This document shows positions 7,900 through 15,828 of a stretch of 64,000 nt of DNA, one piece after another. The notes beneath the pieces were generated by a model. The model saw only the letters and a program-made list of their open reading frames with translations. It ran no database searches and was not told where the DNA came from. Position 1 is the first letter of the stretch. Each line of letters starts with the position of its first letter. The position numbers and the translations under genes are program-made. The stretch comes from a virus, in IMG/VR virus record IMGVR_UViG_3300043184_000020. One strand, 5' to 3'.

Positions 7900-8005
7900 C
7901 GTAGAGAATTCAGCACGCGGGGAGAATCACCCTATAGAGAACTCTGTAGGTGGGTAAGATCGGACACCCCACCCCCTATAGAGAACTTAACAAGCGGGGA
8001 GAATC
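7869..8005 (+). promoter_or_regulatory. four tandem copies of the 27-bp motif (T/G)(A/G)GAGAA(C/T)-N9-GGG(G/T)A(G/A)(A/G)(A/C)(T/G)C
   Basis: Copies at 7869-7895, 7902-7928, 7935-7961 and 7979-8005, each with a 9-nt spacer. Confidence 0.5.
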
Positions 8006-8015
8006 GAGGTTTCAC

Positions 8016-8222
8016 ATGTTTAAGAGTTTCCCATACCCTAACGCCACGCCTTCAAAGGTTCGCATGGTATACGACGCCGCACGACTCCTAGGCTATCCCG
8101 CGCCTTCCTACCTGAAAGCTCAGGAAGCGGCGCACAAGTTCACAGCTGAGGAACTCGAAAGGCTAGTCCGCATCGGTTCACGTCGAAAACTTGCGAGAAC
8201 ACGCTTGACCGTGGTCAAGTAG
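8016..8222 (+). CDS. hypothetical protein (68 aa)
   Basis: Track ORF 7950..8222 trimmed to ATG 8016, which lies 10 nt after the third tandem copy of the 27-bp motif. Confidence 0.5.
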   Translation: MFKSFPYPNATPSKVRMVYDAARLLGYPAPSYLKAQEAAHKFTAEELERLVRIGSRRKLARTRLTVVK

Positions 8223-8276
8223 TTTGATAAGGTGAGTCTATCCCCGAGACGTTCCCCCTAACGTCTCTCCCCCCGA

Positions 8277-8326
8277 CCCCTGAGAGGTTCCCCCCCCCCC
8301 CTTTCGCCTCTCGGGGGTTTTTTTTG
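8277..8326 (+). terminator. rho-independent terminator with C12 tract in the loop
   Basis: CCCCTGAGAGG ... CCTCTCGGGGG 11-bp stem (one G-T wobble) followed by T8; ends the early block. Confidence 0.65.
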
Positions 8327-8417
8327 TCCTTAGACTTACTGTCAAACATCTTTACAGCTGCTGAAAAGTTCGACGACATACCGACGACACGGCCTAAGGA
8401 TTTCAAATACTTACAGC

Positions 8418-8433
8418 TGGCACGGTCGATGCA
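8418..8433 (+). promoter_or_regulatory. sigma54-type -24/-12 element, TGGCACGgtcgATGCA
   Basis: In the intergenic region after a terminator, flanked by 16-bp direct repeats, upstream of ORF 8488 and rIIA. Confidence 0.45.
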
Positions 8434-8487
8434 TTAACTATCTGTAACGGCGACGACATACCGACGCCGCAAACGAAAGGACCGAAC

Positions 8488-8658
8488 ATGGGAAACAAGA
8501 TCAAAGGTTACGAGTGGGAAGGCATGAGTCTTGCAATGTACGCCGAGGGTAACACCTTCCGCGTGGTGTCGATCTGCGACGGTTTTCGTAGCGACAAGAT
8601 TTTTATTGACTACTCGGAAGCCTCAAGTTACTTTGATGGTGTACTCACGGGGAACTAA
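8488..8658 (+). CDS. hypothetical protein (56 aa)
   Basis: Below the track cutoff; GAAAGGA RBS; downstream of a sigma54-like promoter. Confidence 0.45.
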   Translation: MGNKIKGYEWEGMSLAMYAEGNTFRVVSICDGFRSDKIFIDYSEASSYFDGVLTGN

Positions 8659-8679
8659 TCCTAACGAAAGGGAAAGAAT

Positions 8680-10710
8680 ATGAGACTAGCACAGCACGCA
8701 AACAAGCTCGAAACTAACGTCCAGGTTGAAAGTCAAAACTTCGGAATCGGTGACGCATCGGTCGTCATCGAGATCTTGAGAAACCGACTCTATCAGCATA
8801 AGATTCGCACGCTCGTTCAAGAGTATATCTGTAACGCGAGGGATGCCCATAGAGAAGTTGACTCGCGGGAAAAATTGATCGTGACGGTACCTAACCGCTT
8901 GAATCCTATCTTTAAGGTTCGAGACTTCGGTCCTGGTATCTCTCCCGACCGCATGCGCGACGTGTTCATCATGTACGGCGCTAGCACTAAGCGCGGGACT
9001 AACAAGCAGACCGGCGGTTTCGGCATCGGTGCAAAGTCAGCATGGAGCTACACCGACTCTTTCACGATCGTGTCGATCACCGAAGGCAAGCGTCGCACCT
9101 ACGTGGCGCATACCGGAGTGAACAACAACGGACGCCTTGACCTCATCGAGACCGTCGACACGGACGAGCCTAACGGCACCGAGATTCAGGTTTCCGTCAA
9201 GCCTAGCGACCTCGAAGAGTTTAAGAACTCAGTGCTCCGAGCTATCCACTTCTGGCCTCAAAAACCTACGCTCAAGGGTTTGGTGGACGCTCCTACTGAC
9301 TCAGGCTTACAGCAAGGTCTGAGCCTTGAACTCGGAAAGCACTTCGAACTCGTGACCGGACTCCCATGGTACGTATCAGGTTCGAACTCATACAGCCGTG
9401 ACCTAATCGCGGTCATCGATGGAGTACCTTACGCTATCAATAGAGAACTTCGCGAGCGGGTAGCTTCGCTTGATGAACTCGCTACCTTGTGCCGTCAGCA
9501 CATGATCTTTCACGTAGGTAACGGACTCATCGAAGTTTCGGCGTCCCGTGAATCTATCGCGGACTCAAAGCAGACGATCGAAGCGCTTGACAAGCTTGCC
9601 TCTGCAGCTATCAAGGAAGTGAAAGCCTACGTCAAGGCCGAGTTTGACAAGGTGAGATCGGTTCACGATTTCATGGGTACGTATTCCCGACTAGAAAAGT
9701 ACGTTACGCTTGACGCGAGCCTCGCTGAGTTTCAAGGCTACAAGATCGAACGCGGAGCCATGAGTAACGCTACGCTTGAGCCTCACTACTTGAAGGAGAC
9801 CGTATCGCCTCAGTATCGCAGTAACTCGGTGGCCGACGGCGTGCGTCGTAACGACAAGACCTCGAAACCCTTCGCGCTTGCAGACTACGGAAACATCTAC
9901 TACGTCGACGTGGTGGAGTCTCGGGTCATCGAGAATCGTCGCCTACGCACTATCCTGGCAACGGCTCGAAACGGTTTCGTACTGATCAAGAAGCACGACA
10001 AGAGCGACCCTAAGCTTTGGAATCAGCTGATCACGGACCTCAACGCTATCCCGCTTTCAAGTGTTCAGATGACGAAAGCCGCTCCGGTTCAGCGAGTCGC
10101 TAAGGCCGTAACCGAGATCACGGTTCACATCCCACGGTCTAACAATCGCGAGACGGCGACCATCAACATAACTTCCAGCATGCACGACTACGTGTACGTG
10201 GAAACGCAAGCCGGTGAGTTTTTGGGATACCGACGCGAAGACCTCACAGATCTTGCCCGGTATCTCGATCAGCACCACGGCGTCAAGCTCGTAGGCTTGG
10301 CACCTTTGACGATCAAGAAGGTCCAAGGTCTGAGCAACTTCCAGTCTCTCGAAAGTTTCTGGAAGGCGTACAAGCCTGAGACTAAGGACCTACGCATCGC
10401 GAAGCGTACACTTTCGAAGAGCTTCGAGATCATGTCGGCTCTTAGTAAAGGTCCGAAGACGCGCTGTAAGTTCTTCTCAAAGATGCAGCTGGAGTATGCA
10501 GACATCGCAAGCTTTGCGAACGAGAGTACTCCTAAGATCATGATCAAGGTTCTTGAGAAGCTCGACGAGGTTAAAGACTTCGTAGAGAACGACTCCAAGC
10601 TCCAAGGTCAGATCGAAACTAAGTACAAGCTGCTCAAGATGTTTGACGCTTATAACCGATTCCGTGGAGATTCTGCAGAGTGGGTTGAATATATTAACGC
10701 TAAGTCCTAA
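8680..10710 (+). CDS. rIIA: rIIA-like protein (GHKL ATPase fold)
   Basis: N-box ICNARDA, G1 box VRDFGPGIS and G2 box GGFGIGAKS; 676 aa; directly upstream of an rIIB homolog. Confidence 0.75.
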   Translation: MRLAQHANKLETNVQVESQNFGIGDASVVIEILRNRLYQHKIRTLVQEYICNARDAHREVDSREKLIVTVPNRLNPIFKVRDFGPGISPDRMRDVFIMYGASTKRGTNKQTGGFGIGAKSAWSYTDSFTIVSITEGKRRTYVAHTGVNNNGRLDLIETVDTDEPNGTEIQVSVKPSDLEEFKNSVLRAIHFWPQKPTLKGLVDAPTDSGLQQGLSLELGKHFELVTGLPWYVSGSNSYSRDLIAVIDGVPYAINRELRERVASLDELATLCRQHMIFHVGNGLIEVSASRESIADSKQTIEALDKLASAAIKEVKAYVKAEFDKVRSVHDFMGTYSRLEKYVTLDASLAEFQGYKIERGAMSNATLEPHYLKETVSPQYRSNSVADGVRRNDKTSKPFALADYGNIYYVDVVESRVIENRRLRTILATARNGFVLIKKHDKSDPKLWNQLITDLNAIPLSSVQMTKAAPVQRVAKAVTEITVHIPRSNNRETATINITSSMHDYVYVETQAGEFLGYRREDLTDLARYLDQHHGVKLVGLAPLTIKKVQGLSNFQSLESFWKAYKPETKDLRIAKRTLSKSFEIMSALSKGPKTRCKFFSKMQLEYADIASFANESTPKIMIKVLEKLDEVKDFVENDSKLQGQIETKYKLLKMFDAYNRFRGDSAEWVEYINAKS

Positions 10711-10711
10711 A

Positions 10712-10738
10712 TAGAGAACGAAAGAAGAGGGTAAAATC
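10712..10738 (+). promoter_or_regulatory. 27-bp motif copy, TAGAGAAC-N9-GGGTAAAATC
   Basis: Ends immediately before the rIIB ATG. Confidence 0.45.
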
Positions 10739-11551
10739 ATGAACTACATCATCCTAAACGACTCGATGGTACTGAACTACGGCGGTAAGACGATCTCGAT
10801 CGCTAACACTGACGAACGATACACGAAGGTCATCGACCTGATTCGAGACAACAAGCTGGAAGAGATCCCAGCGGTCATCGAAGCGCAAGCCTTAGCCTTC
10901 AGCGGCGAAGGTGTGGAGCTGCGAGACGGAGTCATCGTGGTTGACGGCGTGGCTATCCCGCACGAGCTTTCCGATCGAGTGTTGAAGTTCCGTGAACAGA
11001 AGCTTCCCTTCGAACCACTTTTGAACTTCTGGCGTAACCTGAGGAAGAATCCTTCCTTTAACTCTCGTCAGATGCTCTACAAGTTTCTGGAGCATAACGG
11101 TCATCCGATCACTCCGGACGGCTGCTTCATCGCGTACCGTGGCATCCGAGACGACCTGAAGGACATGCACACCGGTACCTTTAACAACGCGCCTGGACAA
11201 GTGTGTGAGATTGCTCGCGATCAGGTTGATGACAATCCGAATAACACTTGCTCGCACGGTCTTCACGTGGCATGCTTCGACTACGCCAAGGGTTTTGGTC
11301 AGAAGCTCGTAGAGGTTAAAGTTAACCCTTCGGACGTGGTCGCGGTACCCACCGACTACAACGGCACCAAGATGCGGGTTTGCAAGTTCGAAGTTCTAAA
11401 CCTGATCGATAAGCCAAGAGCCGAAGAGCTTGCATCCGACGTGGAAGGTTCGGACTACATGACCGAGGACGAGGTTGACGAGCAGGAAGCTAACGACTGG
11501 GACAGCGAAGATGATTACCACAGCTGTGACTGTGAATTCTGCACGGAATAA
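10739..11551 (+). CDS. rIIB: rIIB-like protein
   Basis: NNTCSHGLHVA...VKVNPSDVVAVPTDYNGTKMRVCKFEV closely parallels the T4 rIIB C-terminus (TCSRGLHV...VKVHPRDVVSIPIDYNDAKMRTCQYEV). Confidence 0.85.
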   Translation: MNYIILNDSMVLNYGGKTISIANTDERYTKVIDLIRDNKLEEIPAVIEAQALAFSGEGVELRDGVIVVDGVAIPHELSDRVLKFREQKLPFEPLLNFWRNLRKNPSFNSRQMLYKFLEHNGHPITPDGCFIAYRGIRDDLKDMHTGTFNNAPGQVCEIARDQVDDNPNNTCSHGLHVACFDYAKGFGQKLVEVKVNPSDVVAVPTDYNGTKMRVCKFEVLNLIDKPRAEELASDVEGSDYMTEDEVDEQEANDWDSEDDYHSCDCEFCTE

Positions 11552-11566
11552 GAAAGGAAGAATGTT

Positions 11567-11902
11567 ATGAACGCTTTAAAAGTAAGAAGTTGCAAGCACT
11601 GCGGAGAGTCTAAACACATGCGAAAGCTTGTGGACGCTGAGTATGGAATCTTCAGTGAGCGATACTGGACCTGTTTCCAGTGTCATCCTGAGCTTGACTC
11701 GTCGGCTATCAACAACAGCGGTCAGAGTGGTGGACTCAAGGCGATGCGAAGCGAAGACGACGGTATGGGCGACGTATACTGCGACAGCTTTGATAAAGAT
11801 CTTGACGAGGAAGCTCAAGAAAAGTATGCTGATGAGGATACGGAGCTTGAACTCGAAGACGATACCGTAGAGAACTTTCAAGGTGGGGAGAATCATGGGT
11901 AG
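11567..11902 (+). CDS. zinc-ribbon protein with acidic tail
   Basis: CKHCG...CFQCH four-Cys ribbon; D/E-rich C-terminus. Confidence 0.5.
   Translation: MNALKVRSCKHCGESKHMRKLVDAEYGIFSERYWTCFQCHPELDSSAINNSGQSGGLKAMRSEDDGMGDVYCDSFDKDLDEEAQEKYADEDTELELEDDTVENFQGGENHG
11868..11894 (+). promoter_or_regulatory. 27-bp motif copy, TAGAGAAC-N9-GGGGAGAATC
   Basis: Ends immediately before the HNH endonuclease ATG. Confidence 0.5.
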
Positions 11903-12272
11903 AAGCGGAGACCTGAAGGCGGTGAACGACGACTTGATTCGTCAGCTGCTAGAAGATCCGCTCTACGAGGTGAGACCCGACGGTACAATCCTGACGCTGA
12001 AAACGGTTACTGGAAAGGTAAGTGCAAACAGTGTGTGGAGAAAAGCTGGCAGGTACGAGTCTAACGGTTACGTCCAGATATCGTATGCAGGTAAGCGGTT
12101 ACTAGCACACAGAATCGTATATCAGAAGTTTAAAGGAGGACTCAAGTGCGATTTAGTAGTTGACCACGGTAACGGAATAAGAGATGATAATAGGCCTGAG
12201 AACCTAAGTTTGGTTACAGCAAAGTCAAATCACTTCTACGTGAAGAGGAGAAAAAGCAATGAAAGTTCGTAG
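11895..12272 (+). CDS. HNH homing endonuclease
   Basis: LAHRIVY...VVDHGNGIRDDNRPENL (HNH_3-type motif); start moved to ATG 11895 directly after the 27-bp motif. Confidence 0.8.
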   Translation: MGRSGDLKAVNDDLIRQLLEDPLYEVRPDGTILTLKTVTGKVSANSVWRKAGRYESNGYVQISYAGKRLLAHRIVYQKFKGGLKCDLVVDHGNGIRDDNRPENLSLVTAKSNHFYVKRRKSNESS

Positions 12273-13155
12273 TTTGTATCTTATGGTGATGATCGCGGCC
12301 CTCGTGGGTTGTGGTCCTGATCGAGAAGTCGTTCAGGTTTACAAGGGAGATCCTGGTCAGAACGGGACGTCGTGTTCCGTAGGACCCGCCCTCGACGAAG
12401 AAACCTTCTCGGTGATTGGAGCAAAGATCTCGTGTACCGACGGTTCATCGTCGCTAGTACTGAACGGCGCTCAAGGCCCACAAGGCGTTCAAGGCCCTCA
12501 AGGTCAGCAGGGTATCCAAGGCCCGGTCGGTCAGACCGGCGCAGCTGGAGCGAGCTGTCAAGCGTATCGATCCATCCTCTTCTCAGGAGTATGGCTTGCA
12601 TGTCCTAACCAGTTTCCGGTCTTGATCAAAGACGGCGAAGATGGAGAAGACGGCGAAGATTGTAAGGTGAAACAGTTGTCTAACGGCGCACGCATCACAT
12701 GCGGAAGTTCAGTGGCCTACGTTTACAACGGACAAAACGGTCAGAACGGGACTTCATGCTCTATCAGCAACGCGACCGGAGGAGCGCAGATCACTTGCGG
12801 AAGCACGAGTCAGATGATCTACGACGGTCAGAACGGAGCTGTCGGACCAGTTGGCCCCCCCGGACCTCAAGGACAGCCTGGACAGAACGCACTTGCTAAC
12901 GCTATCGGAATCAAAGGCTACATCTATCCATGCGGTCAAGAGTTTGCAAACGATGAGATCTTCTTGCGACTCACGGACGGAAAGATTTTGGCTCTCTACG
13001 ATGGTGGACCTCACGAGGATCGATTGGCACTTCTCGCACCGGGTAACTACATCACGACGGACCGTAACAAGAACCAGGCTTGTCAGCTCACGGTTGACTC
13101 TAACCTTAACGTGACGTCTAACCCACCGACTACTGGTCTCGGGTTGAACAACTAA
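12259..13155 (+). CDS. lipoprotein with collagen-like G-X-Y repeats
   Basis: Lipobox ALVGC; GAQGPQGVQGPQGQQGIQGPVGQTGAAGAS and GQNGAVGPVGPPGPQGQPGQN tracts; internal (I/A)(S/T)CG repeats. Confidence 0.75.
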   Translation: MKVRSLYLMVMIAALVGCGPDREVVQVYKGDPGQNGTSCSVGPALDEETFSVIGAKISCTDGSSSLVLNGAQGPQGVQGPQGQQGIQGPVGQTGAAGASCQAYRSILFSGVWLACPNQFPVLIKDGEDGEDGEDCKVKQLSNGARITCGSSVAYVYNGQNGQNGTSCSISNATGGAQITCGSTSQMIYDGQNGAVGPVGPPGPQGQPGQNALANAIGIKGYIYPCGQEFANDEIFLRLTDGKILALYDGGPHEDRLALLAPGNYITTDRNKNQACQLTVDSNLNVTSNPPTTGLGLNN

Positions 13156-13160
13156 GGAGT

Positions 13161-13652
13161 ATGAACATGAAGTACCTAATCATTGCGATGCTTGTGAGTT
13201 TTGGAGCCCACGCAGCTGAGCCTGTGTGTAGCGAGGAGAACAGCCAAGAGGTGGCTACTGAGACGAAGGAGATCACTACCGACGTTCCAAGCCATCTTAA
13301 GGGAGCTACGATCATCGTTCGTACTGCGGACGGTCGTGAATCCTCGGTCCCAGCTGAGAAGTTCAAGGTCGTTCCTCGTAAGCAGCAGTTCATCGTGACT
13401 AAGACTGAGAAGGCTAAGGTCCTAAGCTGTACTACGAACGAGCCTAAGAAGAACCGAGTGGCCGTACTAGGCGGGCACGGTGCTCAAGGTGGTTTGAAGT
13501 CTAGTCAGTCGGGGTCGACCGTTGAAGTTGAGTCCAAGACCGGGGCTGTAGGCGGATTACAGTACCAGCGAATGCTGAACGACACGTTGTCGATTGGTGT
13601 TCAAGGTCAGACTAACAAGACAGGATCACTGCTCATCGGCATCGACTTCTAA
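13161..13652 (+). CDS. secreted protein, possible small outer-membrane beta-barrel
   Basis: Signal peptide ...SFGAHA-AEP; Gly/Ser-rich alternating C-terminal half ending in a terminal Phe (LLIGIDF). Confidence 0.5.
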   Translation: MNMKYLIIAMLVSFGAHAAEPVCSEENSQEVATETKEITTDVPSHLKGATIIVRTADGRESSVPAEKFKVVPRKQQFIVTKTEKAKVLSCTTNEPKKNRVAVLGGHGAQGGLKSSQSGSTVEVESKTGAVGGLQYQRMLNDTLSIGVQGQTNKTGSLLIGIDF

Positions 13653-13715
13653 CAAAGTTCCTTGGTGGACCAAACGTCAGGCTGGCGTGACAGGCGGGGA
13701 GAGACCCGCACCTAA

Positions 13716-13742
13716 TAGAGAACTTTACAAGAGGGGAGAATC
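13716..13742 (+). promoter_or_regulatory. 27-bp motif copy, TAGAGAAC-N9-GGGGAGAATC
   Basis: Ends 2 nt before the lipoprotein ATG at 13745. Confidence 0.5.
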
Positions 13743-13744
13743 GA

Positions 13745-13984
13745 ATGAGACTCTTTTTACTAGCTTCTGTACTGCTAATGACAACGGGTTGTGGTGACAT
13801 CAAAGTTACGCAGCCGAAAGACTTCGTAGTGAAGCATCAGGTAGATCTTGAGAACTTGGAAGTCTACTTCCGAAAGCTCTGCGAAGAGGAGTTGTCTCAA
13901 GACGGAACGTACGAACCCACTGCGCTTGAAGTAGATACCTGTGTTGACGTTAAGATCGCAGAGTTCTTAGACGCGATCACTTAG
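13745..13984 (+). CDS. small lipoprotein
   Basis: Lipobox LMTTGC; start 2 nt after the 27-bp motif. Confidence 0.6.
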   Translation: MRLFLLASVLLMTTGCGDIKVTQPKDFVVKHQVDLENLEVYFRKLCEEELSQDGTYEPTALEVDTCVDVKIAEFLDAIT

Positions 13985-14174
13985 ACTGATTGACGAAGGT
14001 CTTCAGCTCGTTGACGAACTGTAGGCCTTCCTTTTCAAGACGATCCAAAACTCTAACACCTTTGGTCTTAGAGTCTAGAAACTTCTCTACGTCCCTAAGC
14101 GCCAAACCTTCTGACGCTAGGAAGTGGACAAGCTGTGTGAGGGCTATCTCGAAGTCACTCAGCTCCCTGTTCAT
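13977..14174 (-). CDS. hypothetical protein
   Basis: Last ORF of the long minus-strand block; its 3' end overlaps the convergent + strand ORF by 8 nt. Confidence 0.4.
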   Translation of the reverse strand: MNRELSDFEIALTQLVHFLASEGLALRDVEKFLDSKTKGVRVLDRLEKEGLQFVNELKTFVNQSK

Positions 14175-14979
14175 CCTGTGGCGCTTCTTCTTGCTGAATA
14201 GGCTCGTAAGGTTTTACAGGAGCTTCGACGTCTACGAAGAACTTAACGTACTGCTGAGGAACTAAGACCCCGTAGTGTAGTTCTCTAGATCCGGAAGCGA
14301 AGACTAGACCAGCGATATGACCTTCTGAGTCAAAAACCGCAGAGCCTGAGTTACCTGGTAGTACCAGAGCGGAGGTGTGTTGAGAGTCGTACTTCTTGGT
14401 TACAGGAAAGCCGAAAAGACACTGAAATCCGTGCTCTTCAAACTCTTCTTTGGTGCATGGACGAACGTCAACTACGATCTCAACTTCCATTCGATCACCA
14501 AAGGTGCCCCTAGAAACCGTGTGAGGGTAGAGTCTAGGATGTCCAGAGATGATAGCAGCATCTCCGAACTCGGGTGCCTTCTTGGAAACTTCAGTGCGGA
14601 TCTTCAGGTTTTCTTTGATCTTAACCAAGCAGAGATCATGCTGCTCAGACTTCTTAAGTGCGATGACTTTATGCTTACCCTTGCGAGAGACGACTACGCC
14701 ACCCTTCTCAGCAACCTCACAGACGTGTCGGTTGGTCAGGATCTCAGAGCCAGTCTCGTCGGAGTTGAGGATAACTCCGCTACCTCCACCGTTCTCCTTC
14801 AGGTTCATGATCTTGACGGAAGTCTCCGCAAGCTCCTGAGTCGTGGTAGGTTCGATAAGCTTGGTGCTCACTGCTTGGTGATAGGTCCCAAGACCCAGCG
14901 CAAGCACGATAGCGACCATGGAAGCACGAACGGCCCTACGACCGGGTTTCAGTTTGGAGGCCAACTTTTTTAAACTCAT
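14155..14979 (-). CDS. membrane-anchored trypsin-like (S1) serine protease
   Basis: N-terminal signal anchor; TNRHV (His), HDLCLV (Asp) and GNSGSAVF (Ser) triad context; no PDZ domain. Confidence 0.75.
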   Translation of the reverse strand: MSLKKLASKLKPGRRAVRASMVAIVLALGLGTYHQAVSTKLIEPTTTQELAETSVKIMNLKENGGGSGVILNSDETGSEILTNRHVCEVAEKGGVVVSRKGKHKVIALKKSEQHDLCLVKIKENLKIRTEVSKKAPEFGDAAIISGHPRLYPHTVSRGTFGDRMEVEIVVDVRPCTKEEFEEHGFQCLFGFPVTKKYDSQHTSALVLPGNSGSAVFDSEGHIAGLVFASGSRELHYGVLVPQQYVKFFVDVEAPVKPYEPIQQEEAPQDEQGAE

Positions 14980-14981
14980 TA

Positions 14982-15248
14982 CTAGTTCACACTTTCAGTC
15001 ATGGGATTAACTTCAGTGTGAGCTTGACTGAGCGCCATACTCACCTGCGTGACGTTCTGAAGATGAGCTGCGGATAGCTGCATCAGAGTTTTACGCAGTT
15101 CAGGGTCCATCGCTTTAGAACCCCTGATCTCTTGGAACTCCACTCCCATGACCTGAATGACGTCCGACAAGATCTTCAAAGCCAGGAGATACTCCCGCCT
15201 TTTGACGATCATAACATCTTTGATTTGCTGTTTTTTCTTACGACCCAT
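14982..15248 (-). CDS. hypothetical protein
   Basis: Track ORF trimmed to ATG 15248, 1 nt after the ClpP stop. Confidence 0.4.
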   Translation of the reverse strand: MGRKKKQQIKDVMIVKRREYLLALKILSDVIQVMGVEFQEIRGSKAMDPELRKTLMQLSAAHLQNVTQVSMALSQAHTEVNPMTESVN

Positions 15249-15249
15249 C

Positions 15250-15828
15250 TTAGGATTCTGACACAATCCGATCGATAAGTCCAAGTTTGAGGGTTTCTTC
15301 AGAGGTAAGGTAGCAGTCCCGTTCGCAAAGCTTCTCGAAAGTTCGAGCTTTAGTGGTACCTTTTGAGAACTCTTCGTACATCATGCACATCTGTTTCTCT
15401 AATGTTTCCGTATGCTTAAGCTGAATCTTAAGGTCAGACAGCGTGCCCTTAATCCAGTCGGAGATCTCATGGATCATGAGCCAGGAATGCCTACCCATCA
15501 AGCGTTCGTCACCCGCCGCAAGGATGAAGGTGGCTGCAGACATGATCTTACCCCACCCCCGAGTGATGATATGGCAGGGAGAGGACCTGATACGATCGAC
15601 GATGCCCATCATGTCGTAGACCGAACCGCCGTAGGAGCTGATCTCTATTCGGATCTGAGCCTCTGGATTCTTGTCCATCTCGTCGAGAGCCTTCATGACA
15701 AGCTCAAGGGAGCACTCGTCGACGTCGTCGTTAAGGTAGATTACTCGTTCTCTGAAGTTGACGTTGCGCTCGAAGATGTTGTCATAGTGATCGGTGTTTC
15801 TTTCACGAGCCACATCGTCTCCTTTCAA
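15250..15828 (-). CDS. ClpP-family (S14) serine protease
   Basis: ISSYGGSVYDMMGIVDRI...GKIMSAATFILAAGD...WLMIHE matches the ClpP core with Ser and His in place; start uncertain (TTG 15828 or GTG 15813 after AAGGAG). Confidence 0.8.
   Translation of the reverse strand: MKGDDVARERNTDHYDNIFERNVNFRERVIYLNDDVDECSLELVMKALDEMDKNPEAQIRIEISSYGGSVYDMMGIVDRIRSSPCHIITRGWGKIMSAATFILAAGDERLMGRHSWLMIHEISDWIKGTLSDLKIQLKHTETLEKQMCMMYEEFSKGTTKARTFEKLCERDCYLTSEETLKLGLIDRIVSES

Noticed and set aside
7869-8005. Tandem repeats considered as a mini CRISPR array
   Set aside because: The repeats are 27 bp with mismatches, the spacers between them are only 6-17 bp, and the same motif occurs singly upstream of start codons elsewhere.
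8215-8406. 63-aa minus-strand ORF
   Set aside because: It spans the terminator hairpin and the C12 tract (which is translated as a poly-Gly run). It is better explained as non-coding regulatory DNA.
12470-12890. Collagen G-X-Y tracts as evidence of a eukaryotic or structural tail-fibre gene
   Set aside because: The protein has a bacterial lipobox signal peptide and lies in the early/middle + strand block, not with the fibre genes. Bacterial and phage collagen-like repeats are well known.
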